DNA from: a virus
Taxonomy: Duplodnaviria; Caudoviricetes
Strand: one strand, 5' to 3'
Virus record (IMG/VR): IMGVR_UViG_3300021508_000002
Location: 1 to 57,620 of that record
Length of the DNA: 57,620 nucleotides
A program made the position numbers and the translations under genes. A model generated the notes under the pieces. It did no database searches and had not been told where the DNA came from. It saw only the letters and a list, made by a program, of their open reading frames with translations. Positions 37,054 to 47,676 of this stretch are shown here, piece after piece. Each line of letters opens with the position of its first letter. Position 1 is the first letter of the stretch.

Positions 37054-37770
37054 ATGCTGCAAATAAGAGATAAAGTATTGGATTTTTTTAAAGATTTATA
37101 TTTTGAAGAAGAAAAACATAAATATTTTGTAAGTGGTACTCCTATAAAATCTTCTGTTTCAAAAATATTAAAAGTATTTGTTGAGGCAGTGGATTTTGAT
37201 CTTATAGCACATTTTATTGATAAAAGAGATAAATTAACTTCCGGTGTCACTAAAAAGAGGTGGGACTTGAATTCTAAGATTTCTCTAGCAATAGGAATAA
37301 GTAGCCATTACTTTGGGGAATTGTATGCTTTTAATAAAAACATAAAGCCCACATCTGGATATGAAGAAGCTGTGGTTAAGTTTTGGGATAGCTTACCGAA
37401 ACACATATTACCATTTGAAATGGAATTGCAAATGTACCACAAAGAGTATATGTTTGCCGGTACAGCAGATATTTTACTTTATAACACTAAAACAGGTAAG
37501 TTCATATTATGTGATTTTAAAACCAATAAAGACTTATTCAAAAATTATAAGGGTAAAAAAATGATGGGTGAGTTTAGAGATTTGCCCGACACACCATTAA
37601 ACCATTATCAACTCCAATTATCTTTTTATCAAATTTTATTCGAACAGACAGGATTTAAGGTGGAGAACAGAGCAGTTATTTCTCTAAGGCCAGACGGAGA
37701 ATTTAAAATGTACAGCACTGAAGATTATACAAAAGTGTTGGTGGAGTACCTCAAAAATAATAAAGTTTAA
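37054..37770 (+). CDS. PD-(D/E)xK (RecB/Cas4-like) nuclease
   Basis: G...H, E, AGTADIL, DFKTNK and Y.LQLS.Y motifs. Confidence 0.88.
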   Translation: MLQIRDKVLDFFKDLYFEEEKHKYFVSGTPIKSSVSKILKVFVEAVDFDLIAHFIDKRDKLTSGVTKKRWDLNSKISLAIGISSHYFGELYAFNKNIKPTSGYEEAVVKFWDSLPKHILPFEMELQMYHKEYMFAGTADILLYNTKTGKFILCDFKTNKDLFKNYKGKKMMGEFRDLPDTPLNHYQLQLSFYQILFEQTGFKVENRAVISLRPDGEFKMYSTEDYTKVLVEYLKNNKV

Positions 37771-37773
37771 CAC

Positions 37774-38499
37774 ATGGTTTTAAGAGAACTAATACAAAGA
37801 GTGCAAAGCCTTTATTCTAAAGGTGTGCACAGTGATGATACTAGATTATCTGATAGACATATTTATAGTAAGTTATTATCATTGAGGTCAAAACTTATTT
37901 CAGATAAGGTTAAAAAGAAACAAAAACTAACTCAATGGAGTTATCAAACGTTACCTTGTGTGCAATTAACTAAAGCCTTTCCGTATGAATGTCCATGCTT
38001 ACCATCTGTGGGATGTGAAGTACTTAAAACTACTATCAAATTACCTGATGTATTAACTAGTTATAGCAAACATTTAATACAATCTGTAACATCCCTAGAT
38101 GGGAGTATAGAGTATTCTGAATCTTCTTGGGAAGCTCAAAAGTACAAAAGCTCAAGTAGGTATACTAGTGACAAGGCTGATTATTATATAAGAGACAATT
38201 ACTTGTACATAACACACAAAAGTGGACCTAAAGTTGTTTCTGTAACTGCATTGTTTGAAAATCCTATTAGTGCACTACAATACCCATCATACTGTTGTGA
38301 AAAGGGGGATGATTGTGAAGATACAAGCCCTTGTAAAGAATCCTGTTGGTCCCCTTTAGATTTAGAGTTTCCCATCGAACTATCTTTAGTAGATGTGTTA
38401 ATAGATTTAGCAGTTAAAGAACTTATATTCACATTCAATCAGGGAATTGAGGATTTGACTAATGACAGCAAGGATAATATAACTGAAAGCAGTAAATGA
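37774..38499 (+). CDS. Tail ring/tubular protein
   Basis: SDD..LSDRHI, Y.IRDNYLY, V.ALFENP and FPI motifs; crAss-like tail-module synteny. Confidence 0.6.
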   Translation: MVLRELIQRVQSLYSKGVHSDDTRLSDRHIYSKLLSLRSKLISDKVKKKQKLTQWSYQTLPCVQLTKAFPYECPCLPSVGCEVLKTTIKLPDVLTSYSKHLIQSVTSLDGSIEYSESSWEAQKYKSSSRYTSDKADYYIRDNYLYITHKSGPKVVSVTALFENPISALQYPSYCCEKGDDCEDTSPCKESCWSPLDLEFPIELSLVDVLIDLAVKELIFTFNQGIEDLTNDSKDNITESSK

Positions 38500-39029
38500 T
38501 TGGGAAAAGAAAAAGTTCATATTATAAAACTGAGAAATACTTAAAGTATAAAAAATCTGTTTATACGAGTTATAAGGAATATAGAAAACAAAGCAGGGCT
38601 TTGAACAAAGAATCATATTTACATATTGCCAATGGATATAATAACTTTATGTTAGATAAGATACTGTCCGGGGAGGAAATAGAATTACCAGCCAGATTTG
38701 GTAGAATGTCTATAACAGGGTCAAAACCTAGAGTATCTTTTGGAGAAGACGGCTTTCCAAAAGGATTAATGCCAGATTGGGGGAAAACTGTACCATTTTG
38801 GGAAAAGTATCCAGAGGCAAAAAAACTAGGAAAATTTATTTACCACTTAAATCCTCACACAGATGGTGTAGTTTATAAATATTTTTGGTCACAAAAAAGA
38901 GTTTTAATAAAATATAAGAAGTTGTATAAATTTTTTCCAGTTAGAAGTGCAAAAACAAAGTTGGGAAAGAAAATACGTAGTGGGGCAGAGTATGTAATAA
39001 AGCCACATTATATGGAAAATAGAATATAA
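38496..39029 (+). CDS. HU/IHF-like basic protein
   Basis: ILSGEEIELPARFGRMSI...YKFFPVR pattern; Lys-rich. Confidence 0.65.
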   Translation: MIGKRKSSYYKTEKYLKYKKSVYTSYKEYRKQSRALNKESYLHIANGYNNFMLDKILSGEEIELPARFGRMSITGSKPRVSFGEDGFPKGLMPDWGKTVPFWEKYPEAKKLGKFIYHLNPHTDGVVYKYFWSQKRVLIKYKKLYKFFPVRSAKTKLGKKIRSGAEYVIKPHYMENRI

Positions 39030-39032
39030 AAT

Positions 39033-40004
39033 ATGAAGTATATTTCAATAGATAGGGTATTAAACAAATTCCAAAGGGATTTAAAGGGTACTGAAATAAA
39101 TGAAACAGATGCTATAGAGTGGATTGGAGAAGCCTTAGAATTCTTACAAGTATATGGTTCACAAGAGGAAGTTGTTGCCTTCGTTGAAGTTAAAGACTAT
39201 TCTATAGAACTCCCTAAAAACTTACAGACAATACTCCAGATAGCAAGAGATAATTCTTGGACATCACAAAAGCAGACTTGTATTAAAGATATTTGCGATA
39301 AAAAACAAGAAGGGGTTAACAGAGTTTCTTGCCCCACAGATCACCCCGCTAACATTGCAGGATACCCTATCCCACTTGACTGTAATGGAAAACCTATTAC
39401 AGACTATGATGTTGCTTATTACAGACCTTATTTTGATCTTAAATGGGAATATGAGGGTTGGAACAATAGTTCTTACAGGACAGAACAGTATACACCCATA
39501 AGACTAGCAAATAATATTTTCTTTAAATCTATTGTATGTAAAGAGAGAGATATGGAAATTTATAATTCTTGTCAAGATGAGTATACCATAGTAGGGAATG
39601 AAGATAGAAAAATTAAATTTTCTTTTGCAGAAGGGGCTATAGCCATATCTTACTTACGTTCTAAAATATCTGAAGATACGGGATACCCATTGATTCCTGA
39701 AAACCCATCTTACATGGCAGCAATAACTTACTACCTTAAATGGAAAATATCTGAATGGCATTTATGGAGTGGGAGAGAAGGTTATGTAGGTATTGCACAA
39801 GATAGTGAGAGAAAATGGTTAAAATATGCTAGGCAAGCAAAAAATTACATGAAGATGCCTAAGAGTATTGATGATTACCAGAATCTGTTAGATCAAAGTC
39901 ATTATTTAATACCAAATCATAAAAGATATTATGGTTTCTTTGGAAATTTAGCTGTTCCTGAAAATAGAAATTTTAACAATCCACATTCGTATGGCCGAAA
40001 TTGA
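39033..40004 (+). CDS. Tail tubular/ring protein
   Basis: IEWIGEALE, GYPLIP....AI..Y and W..Y..QA motifs; precedes the stabilisation protein. Confidence 0.7.
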   Translation: MKYISIDRVLNKFQRDLKGTEINETDAIEWIGEALEFLQVYGSQEEVVAFVEVKDYSIELPKNLQTILQIARDNSWTSQKQTCIKDICDKKQEGVNRVSCPTDHPANIAGYPIPLDCNGKPITDYDVAYYRPYFDLKWEYEGWNNSSYRTEQYTPIRLANNIFFKSIVCKERDMEIYNSCQDEYTIVGNEDRKIKFSFAEGAIAISYLRSKISEDTGYPLIPENPSYMAAITYYLKWKISEWHLWSGREGYVGIAQDSERKWLKYARQAKNYMKMPKSIDDYQNLLDQSHYLIPNHKRYYGFFGNLAVPENRNFNNPHSYGRN

Positions 40005-43000
40005 TATCACTAAAGCTAATAAAGGTTTACACACTGATAATTCTTATATAAGTCAACCAAAGGGAACATACTCTTTTGCACTAAATGCTATAAATGAGAC
40101 TTATCAAGGGGATTTAATAGAGAATTCTAACGAGGAGAGTAATATAGAGTGTGCAAAATTACCAAATGGTTATATACCTATTGGTAAAGTTTATATAGGA
40201 GATGAAAATACATTAATATTTTCAATAGGAGAAAATTCTGAGATAGGTATATTAGATAGGGATTGTAGGTATGAAACTGTTGTTAACGGAGAATTAAACT
40301 TTAAATTAACACATCAGATTGATGCCACATTTAGGCTAAGACGTGGATGTGAACGAACTATTTATTGGGTTGATGGCAATAACAACAAACCTTTATATTT
40401 TAACATAGATAGCCCTGATAAGTTTAAAACAGGTGGTGTCTTTGATTTATCAAAATTTGAACTGACAAGATCTTATACAAAAATCCCTAGGTTTTTTTCT
40501 GTTAAAGTACATAATTCTGGAGGTAATCTTGCTCCAGGTAGTTACAACATAGGAATTCAATATCTAGACGATAATCTAAATCCTACAGAATGGATAACAA
40601 CAAGTGAGATTATTAACGTATATAATGATAGTACTACAGAAGATTTTTTAGATATTAGGGGGTCTATAAATAGTGAGATAGATTACATTAATTTTCCTAA
40701 TACAAATAAGTCTATTGAAATAGAATTATCTAATTTAGATCAAAAATTCACTTTCTATAGATTGGCTTTTATACAAGCTACTGTTGGAAATGGCCAAGTG
40801 TCTGATATATTTTACTCTCAAAAATTACCTACAAGTAAAAAAGAATTTATTTATACAGGAAATAACCATGAAACTAAAGGAACACAAGAAGAGATTGCAG
40901 TATTTAACAATGTTATTGAAAGTGCGGGATCTATAGAGCAAGTTGAAAATAGACTAATATTAGCCAACACTAAAGGTAAGAAAGTTAACTTTTGTAACCT
41001 TCAACAATATGCATCTACTATTAAAGCAGATGTTGTTACTAAAGAAGTTATAAATAATGCTACTGTTCCCGGTAGTTTAAAGAGTCCTACAATACATTTT
41101 GAAAGTGTAGGTTATATGCCTGGGGAAATATATTCTTTCGGGATTGTTTATATATTTGAAGATGCTACACTATCCCCCGTGTATCATATACCGGGGAAAA
41201 ATCAAAGTGTATCTTCTGAAACTACGTATACGCAAGGCGATAATATATATGCAATGTCAAATGACAATGTATCTCAGACAAATGTCTATACAGATAATTC
41301 AAGTTGTGAGCACAAAGAGTACTGGGGAGTGGATTCAGAAGGAGATTTATTAAAAAATACACCTGTAAGACACCACAGATTTCCATTAAGAACAGACATT
41401 AATGTACCAATGCTTAAAGTTGGGGATAATACTACTTCACAAACAGATGTAAAACAGATTATCTTAACAGGGATAGGAACTATAAATACACCTTGTACTC
41501 AAGAAGATATAGATAATGGTGATTGTGCAATACTGCAGGATGCCCCATCTTTCCAAGTACAAGTCACATATGACGAGGATGGTGTTATAAAAACATTTAA
41601 TCATCAAATAAACCCTGCAATATATTTTGAATTTGATGGGACTTCTGATATAGAAATTGAAATAAGATCTCCATTTCTTCCAGGGTCTATTGTTAGTATT
41701 GTATCAATAGAGGAATCTTTGGATGTGGGTGGAGTGCAGGATGTAACTGATGGAAACCCTTCCCCCCATGGTGTATCATATACTACAACAATTGTAGATA
41801 CAACACTAAGTTCTTCTAATTCGATTTACAAAACAGATATTTTTGGAATTAAATTTTCAGGAATTGTCTTACCTCCGGATGGTGAGATTGGTGGAGAAAA
41901 AATAGTAGGGTATTACATAGTACGGAATGAAAGGATTGAACAGGAAAAAACAATATTAGATAGTGGAGTTTTAGTTTCTTCTGTGGTAAATGATAAATTT
42001 ATTTCCCATGGATTACTAGGTTCAGAATTTCAAAATGAAGATAGAATATCTAAAAAGTTTTTTGGATTAATTCATCCAGAACATAAGTTTAAGGGTAGGG
42101 AATATAGTGAGTATACAGAAATAATACAACAAGGGGAGTTTAATATAGTAGATAGAAAGAAAAGTAAGAGTAGGTATGTAGATGTCCTAGATGGAACCTC
42201 TTTTGATGAAGAACATCACAAGAAGCCGGAAGATGATGATGGGTGGGCACTAAAAACTATATCAAGAGACAGTGTGGTGGAATATTCTCCTAAAGTGGAT
42301 GAATATAGTCATAATAGTGCAAATATAAAATCTACATTCTACTTATCTGCATTAGAAAGTAAAGAGATCTCTGGAGAGACTGTATATAATATTTCAGGAG
42401 ACAACAAAGTAGGTTTTATAGAATTAGACACAGATAATATAAATCCAATAAAAGATAAGTTCCCTTATGTGTACATTAAAAAATCTATAGCAAATTCATA
42501 TTCTACGTTCAGAAGTCTACCTTATTACAAGACTTCTCTAAATGTTGAAACAAATAGTAGTGTTGAAGTATTTAATGGAGATTCTTATGTGTCTCCTGTT
42601 AGATATGTAAATACTATGTTTTGGGATAACCGCATAGCAGAGAGGGCAACTAAAAAATCTTTTTGGCAAATATTAGCCGGTGTTGTTTTGGTTATTGTGG
42701 GTGCTGTTCTTACATTCTTTACAGCAGGTGCGTCTACTATAATTATTGGTGCAGGAGTGGCTTTAATAGGTGGAGGTGCGCTATTTGTATCTTCAGGTAT
42801 AAAAAAATCTGCTTGGAATAAGGCCTATAATAATGAGTATAAGTTAGGGCTAAGAGAAACTGTTTTAGATGATTGGACACATGGAGAATATAATTACGCA
42901 AATTACACACAAGCAACCACTCCTGGAGATGATGAGATCCAATGGATAGGGGATTGTGTAACAGATTTATGGTTTGAGTCTAAAATAAACACTTCTTTAA

Positions 43001-45693
43001 GACACAAGATGGTGTCTTCTGTCCCAACATTCTTAGATGCTCCTGGTAACGTAGAATCGGGTAGAGAGGGATTAGAAGCTACGGGAAAAACAAAGAGTGT
43101 GCATTGGGTAGCAAAAGTTCCACTAGACCCATTTACTAAGCTTGACACTCATTTGATGGATAAATTATCAACCTTCGACCCTGAAAGAAGTAGTGGTAAA
43201 TCTTATTTAGGACATTGCTTGGGAGAATGGTATCAAGTTAATCCTGATTATGAAAGATTAAACAAAGAAAAAATATTTTTTCACCTAGCTTTAGAGTATG
43301 ACTGCTGTTCAGAGTGTCAAGAAGAGTTTCCACATAGGGTTTTGTATTCAGAGCAATCTTTCCAAGAGGAATTAACTGATAATTTTAAAGTATTCCTACC
43401 TAATAATTATAGAGATATTGAAGGTGAGACTGGGGAGATTACAGATTTATTCCGTATAAAAAATAATCTATATATACACACAGAAGAAAATTTGTGGCAT
43501 TTACCTCAAAATTATCAAGAAAGAATTACAGACAACATAGTTTCTTTCATTGGCTCGGGTGATTATTTTAACATCCCACCTAGAAGAGTAGTAGACCAAA
43601 ATAGAATATCAGGAGGATGCTCCCACAAGTGGGCTACACTTCAAACAAAACATGGAGTTTTCTTTGTTTCTGAAAGGGAGGGTAAAATCTACAGGTTTAC
43701 AGGAAACGAGTTGATAATATTAAGTGATATTGGAAATTCTAATTGGTTTAGGGAAAATATTGAGTTGAAGATGTTAAATGATTATCACAAAGCTAGTGGT
43801 GCACCATATCTCTATTCTAATAATCCATCAAATAAAGAGAGTGTTGGATTCATATCTACTTATGATACAGAGAAGGAGCGTATAATATTTACAAAAAAAG
43901 ATGGTGTTTTAGCAGAAGAGTTACAAAATAAGGAAGATTTCAGAATTTGTAATCATGATGGTGTTTATACAGTTTTTGAAAACTATGGTGAGACAATACA
44001 AAACAGAATAAATAATGGTTGGTCATTTGAGGGTATAGAAGAATGTAAGTTGGTATTCAGAAAAGTTTTTTATGATGAGATTTCTGAAACTAGATATGAG
44101 ACTAGTACTAGCTCTATACCAAATGACAGTGCAGTAGTTGTGCAGATGGATTTATCTGTATCTTTTGGTGAAACTTCTAGGGATCAAATAAAAAGTTCTG
44201 TGATAAGTTGGAAGAATACTTTTGGTGCTGCTAACCCCGACTGGATAGGTAGCTTGTATTTCATTGACAAACCACTACCACTCTCTGCGGAAGAACAAGT
44301 GGATAGTGAGAGGTGGTTAAAAGGTCTTGAATGGGCTTTAGCAGGGACTAACTTGACAGATCAAAATGGTAATACTACAACTATAAGTAGTAGTAATATT
44401 ATACTTGTTTCATTTGTCAATGAAAATTCTACACTTTCTGCATTTCCTACACACTATCATGAAATTAACTATAATAACCCAGCGCCTAATCCAACATCTG
44501 GGTATGCTCCAGACTATAACAGTTACACAACAGCCTACAATAATCACATTGCAGGTGGTGGAACTTTTAGAGGCTTGATATATCCTATTGTTTTTGAGTC
44601 AGGGATACCAAATTATGAACATACGGAAGGTTTTGTACAACATGTTTTAGCAGCTTTAAAGAATACTTATACGCAAGCAGAGATAAATATACTAAATCTT
44701 AATGCTAATCCACACACAGTTAATTGGCAAAGTATTACAGCAGGATTATTAGGGACCAATAACTACCCACCAGGTTTAGAAGACTTTGGGTGGGCCACTA
44801 TATATAATAGGGGTTGGGATGGTATAGGAGATGTCTTAACCGCCACACAATTCCAAGAAGATATGAATTCTTTTCTTACAGGAGAAACTATTATAACAGA
44901 GAAAGAAATTTATAAATTAATAAAGAAGCCCAGGACGGAGTATGAAAATGGAGTGGGAATACACCCACCTAAAATAATAGAATTAGATAATTCTTGGACT
45001 GTGAGTTTCTCTTTGAAAACAAACAATTGGATTTCTTGGCATTCTTACTTACCCAACTTCTATTATTCCTTAGCTAATAAGTTTTTCTCTTGGGTGCATG
45101 GAAGTCCCTATTTTTGGAAACATGGATTAAAGGGTAAATTTCAAACTTTCTACAAAAAACACTATCCATATATTGTAGAGTATGTAACTATCTCCAATCC
45201 CCTACAAACTAAAATCTATGAAGATTTGATGTTACATACAGAGGCCAGAAAATATCAAGGTGATGACTGTGTTGATCAGAGGTTTACAACTTTTAATAAA
45301 GCTATTTTTTACAATACAAAACAATGTACAGGAGAGTTGAAATTAACTATTAAAGAAGATAACCAAGACTATATGTTGCAACAAGTAGTTAATGTAACAC
45401 CTGGAACTATACTTATTGATAGAAATGAGCGTAATTGGACTCTGAATGATGTAAGGGACATTCGTATAGATTATGATCAACCAATTTTTAAATCTGACAT
45501 TGTTAGTCGTAAAGATAATTATTTCATTGATAAGGTTTTAAATGATTCCACTTTAGATTTTAATAAAAATTGGGACGAGCTACAGAATCTAAGGGATAAA
45601 TTTATAGTTGTGAGATTGATTTTTGATTCTCATGAAGATGTTAAGTTATTACTTAACTATTCTATAGACACAATCAATGAATCCCCACGTTAA
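39991..45693 (+). CDS. Tail stabilisation (muzzle, P22 gp10-like) protein
   Basis: 1900 aa; KGL.TD...Q....Y.FALN start, F.PNNY.D....GEIT and WT.SFS.....W.S.HSY.P motifs. Confidence 0.8.
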   Translation: MAEIDITKANKGLHTDNSYISQPKGTYSFALNAINETYQGDLIENSNEESNIECAKLPNGYIPIGKVYIGDENTLIFSIGENSEIGILDRDCRYETVVNGELNFKLTHQIDATFRLRRGCERTIYWVDGNNNKPLYFNIDSPDKFKTGGVFDLSKFELTRSYTKIPRFFSVKVHNSGGNLAPGSYNIGIQYLDDNLNPTEWITTSEIINVYNDSTTEDFLDIRGSINSEIDYINFPNTNKSIEIELSNLDQKFTFYRLAFIQATVGNGQVSDIFYSQKLPTSKKEFIYTGNNHETKGTQEEIAVFNNVIESAGSIEQVENRLILANTKGKKVNFCNLQQYASTIKADVVTKEVINNATVPGSLKSPTIHFESVGYMPGEIYSFGIVYIFEDATLSPVYHIPGKNQSVSSETTYTQGDNIYAMSNDNVSQTNVYTDNSSCEHKEYWGVDSEGDLLKNTPVRHHRFPLRTDINVPMLKVGDNTTSQTDVKQIILTGIGTINTPCTQEDIDNGDCAILQDAPSFQVQVTYDEDGVIKTFNHQINPAIYFEFDGTSDIEIEIRSPFLPGSIVSIVSIEESLDVGGVQDVTDGNPSPHGVSYTTTIVDTTLSSSNSIYKTDIFGIKFSGIVLPPDGEIGGEKIVGYYIVRNERIEQEKTILDSGVLVSSVVNDKFISHGLLGSEFQNEDRISKKFFGLIHPEHKFKGREYSEYTEIIQQGEFNIVDRKKSKSRYVDVLDGTSFDEEHHKKPEDDDGWALKTISRDSVVEYSPKVDEYSHNSANIKSTFYLSALESKEISGETVYNISGDNKVGFIELDTDNINPIKDKFPYVYIKKSIANSYSTFRSLPYYKTSLNVETNSSVEVFNGDSYVSPVRYVNTMFWDNRIAERATKKSFWQILAGVVLVIVGAVLTFFTAGASTIIIGAGVALIGGGALFVSSGIKKSAWNKAYNNEYKLGLRETVLDDWTHGEYNYANYTQATTPGDDEIQWIGDCVTDLWFESKINTSLRHKMVSSVPTFLDAPGNVESGREGLEATGKTKSVHWVAKVPLDPFTKLDTHLMDKLSTFDPERSSGKSYLGHCLGEWYQVNPDYERLNKEKIFFHLALEYDCCSECQEEFPHRVLYSEQSFQEELTDNFKVFLPNNYRDIEGETGEITDLFRIKNNLYIHTEENLWHLPQNYQERITDNIVSFIGSGDYFNIPPRRVVDQNRISGGCSHKWATLQTKHGVFFVSEREGKIYRFTGNELIILSDIGNSNWFRENIELKMLNDYHKASGAPYLYSNNPSNKESVGFISTYDTEKERIIFTKKDGVLAEELQNKEDFRICNHDGVYTVFENYGETIQNRINNGWSFEGIEECKLVFRKVFYDEISETRYETSTSSIPNDSAVVVQMDLSVSFGETSRDQIKSSVISWKNTFGAANPDWIGSLYFIDKPLPLSAEEQVDSERWLKGLEWALAGTNLTDQNGNTTTISSSNIILVSFVNENSTLSAFPTHYHEINYNNPAPNPTSGYAPDYNSYTTAYNNHIAGGGTFRGLIYPIVFESGIPNYEHTEGFVQHVLAALKNTYTQAEINILNLNANPHTVNWQSITAGLLGTNNYPPGLEDFGWATIYNRGWDGIGDVLTATQFQEDMNSFLTGETIITEKEIYKLIKKPRTEYENGVGIHPPKIIELDNSWTVSFSLKTNNWISWHSYLPNFYYSLANKFFSWVHGSPYFWKHGLKGKFQTFYKKHYPYIVEYVTISNPLQTKIYEDLMLHTEARKYQGDDCVDQRFTTFNKAIFYNTKQCTGELKLTIKEDNQDYMLQQVVNVTPGTILIDRNERNWTLNDVRDIRIDYDQPIFKSDIVSRKDNYFIDKVLNDSTLDFNKNWDELQNLRDKFIVVRLIFDSHEDVKLLLNYSIDTINESPR

Positions 45694-45795
45694 AGGGAGG
45701 TTGCTTACCATCTCAATAATGCATATCTTTGTGGTGTGAAATCTTTATTTAATACTTTAAGATATTAAGATTAAAATTAACTAATTCAGATAATT

Positions 45796-47676
45796 ATGCA
45801 GAAAAGGAAGCAACGGATGAAATATTCATTAGGTACTAATAAAAGAGGAATCTTGAGAAATTACATAGAGGATCCCAGTACGGCATTAGCAGAGAACGAT
45901 ATTGCTATTGCAAAAGCTGAACAGAAAGTTGATTCTAATCCTTGGTTAAAGGGTTTAGATATGGCAGGTAACCTAGCTCTACAAGCAGGTAATGGACCTT
46001 TAGGGGGAGTTCTCCAGGGCGTGAACCAAGCAACAAGATACGCAGATGGAGGCACTGTCCCTGTGGAGGTGGAGGGAGAGGAGGTTGCAGAAACCCCAGA
46101 CGGTTCCCTTTTAGACTTCCAAGGAAATTCTCATGAAGTGGGCGGTATTAATGTAGATTTACCAGAAGGTACAGAAATATTCTCCAAACGCATTAAAGTT
46201 AAAGGAAAAACCCTGGCAGACAGAAAAAAGAAAAGAGAGAAGAGGGTAAGTAAACTCAGGAAAAAACTTGCAGGGGATAAGTTAGATAAGATAACAAAAA
46301 GTACCCTAGAGAAGTCCCTAGCAAACAACGATAAAGAGGAGCAAAAAGATCAAGAGAAGCAAAAAATAGCTAAGGCCATAAAGCAAATGATGTTTGCTAA
46401 TGGTATAGATAGACAATCTTATGCTTTTGGGGACACTGTAGTTGATCTGGTTAAAGACGGGGAAGAGTTAGAACCTTGGGAGATAAAACAAATAGAACGT
46501 AGAGAAAGGATTATAAGTCAAGCTAAGGGGTCTGTAGCAGATAGGCAGCAGCAAAACCAACCATTGTATGATTTAATGGACTCTGAACAAGTGTTCGAAG
46601 ATGAATCTTTTGAAGAACTGGATAAAGAGTTACTTAGAAAAAACAGACATGATAAAGCAGGATTGTCGTATGCTTATGGCACAGATGGTGTGACAGACCC
46701 TGTAGAGGGGGATGATGTGGCACCACAACTAGAGCCTTGGGAATTAGATGAGATAATGTATAGGAATGCACAAATGGGGAAAGCAAAACAATCTCTTGAT
46801 AAAAGAGATCAATTACATAACCTATTAGACCAAGATCCTGTGTATGAAGGAGAAACTGTAGACTCTATTGAGGGCGAGCAGTATGCTCAGGGAGGTACTA
46901 TACCTTATATGAAAGGTTTTGGTGCAGACATAGATCCAGTAGACCCGGATATGAGTGGTATAATCAAAGGGGTTCCTGAAACTCAGAGGGGTTACAAAGT
47001 TGGAAGACAAAAGCTAATGGACTTTCTAGGAAATGCAGGGGAAATTGCAGGGGAGTTTAATGGGGGTGATGCAGTTGGTTTAGCAGGAACATTATATTCT
47101 GCATTTAAGCCTATGGAAAATACTAAAAAGAATAGGGCAGGAGATACAGCTAATATTAATGCATTCCAAGATTACGGTCAAGAAGGTTTAGACACTTTAG
47201 ATCAATCTATGGAATATGTAGATGATCAAAGAGCTAACACTTTAAGAAATTTAGAATCTTCTAGAGTGGGTAGTATTCAAAGGGGTAGAAATTCTTCTCG
47301 TGGAGTCAACACTAACAGAGCATTGGATTTGGCAGGGCAACTACAAACTAACAAAGCAGTTGGTGATGTGTATTCTAATTATGCAGGACAAATGCAAGGA
47401 CTTCTAGGACAAAAATCTCAGAAACAAGATAGAAGAGACCAAATGGTTATGAGAGGGGAGGACACTAGGGATACAAGAGATAGACAAGATAGGGACAACT
47501 ACTACACACAATTAGCTAGAGATATTTCCACTAAAGGAGAGGGTGTACAAAGAGTGGGAGGGTATATTAATAGTATAAAAGAGAACAAAGTTTCTCAACG
47601 ACTTATTAACCAACTATCTAAATATGGATTCAGAGTGGATAATAAAGGTAATATCATACAAGACACTAAAAAGTAA
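45796..47676 (+). CDS. Internal virion (cargo/ejection) protein
   Basis: VEVEGEE..ETPDG...G.SHE.GG......GT.IFS motif, repeated YAxG motifs, Gln/Arg-rich helical tail. Confidence 0.65.
   Translation: MQKRKQRMKYSLGTNKRGILRNYIEDPSTALAENDIAIAKAEQKVDSNPWLKGLDMAGNLALQAGNGPLGGVLQGVNQATRYADGGTVPVEVEGEEVAETPDGSLLDFQGNSHEVGGINVDLPEGTEIFSKRIKVKGKTLADRKKKREKRVSKLRKKLAGDKLDKITKSTLEKSLANNDKEEQKDQEKQKIAKAIKQMMFANGIDRQSYAFGDTVVDLVKDGEELEPWEIKQIERRERIISQAKGSVADRQQQNQPLYDLMDSEQVFEDESFEELDKELLRKNRHDKAGLSYAYGTDGVTDPVEGDDVAPQLEPWELDEIMYRNAQMGKAKQSLDKRDQLHNLLDQDPVYEGETVDSIEGEQYAQGGTIPYMKGFGADIDPVDPDMSGIIKGVPETQRGYKVGRQKLMDFLGNAGEIAGEFNGGDAVGLAGTLYSAFKPMENTKKNRAGDTANINAFQDYGQEGLDTLDQSMEYVDDQRANTLRNLESSRVGSIQRGRNSSRGVNTNRALDLAGQLQTNKAVGDVYSNYAGQMQGLLGQKSQKQDRRDQMVMRGEDTRDTRDRQDRDNYYTQLARDISTKGEGVQRVGGYINSIKENKVSQRLINQLSKYGFRVDNKGNIIQDTKK

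Noticed and set aside
37054-37770. Cas4 of a CRISPR system
   Set aside because: No Fe-S cysteine cluster, array or other cas genes; a standalone PD-(D/E)xK nuclease is usual in this phage group.
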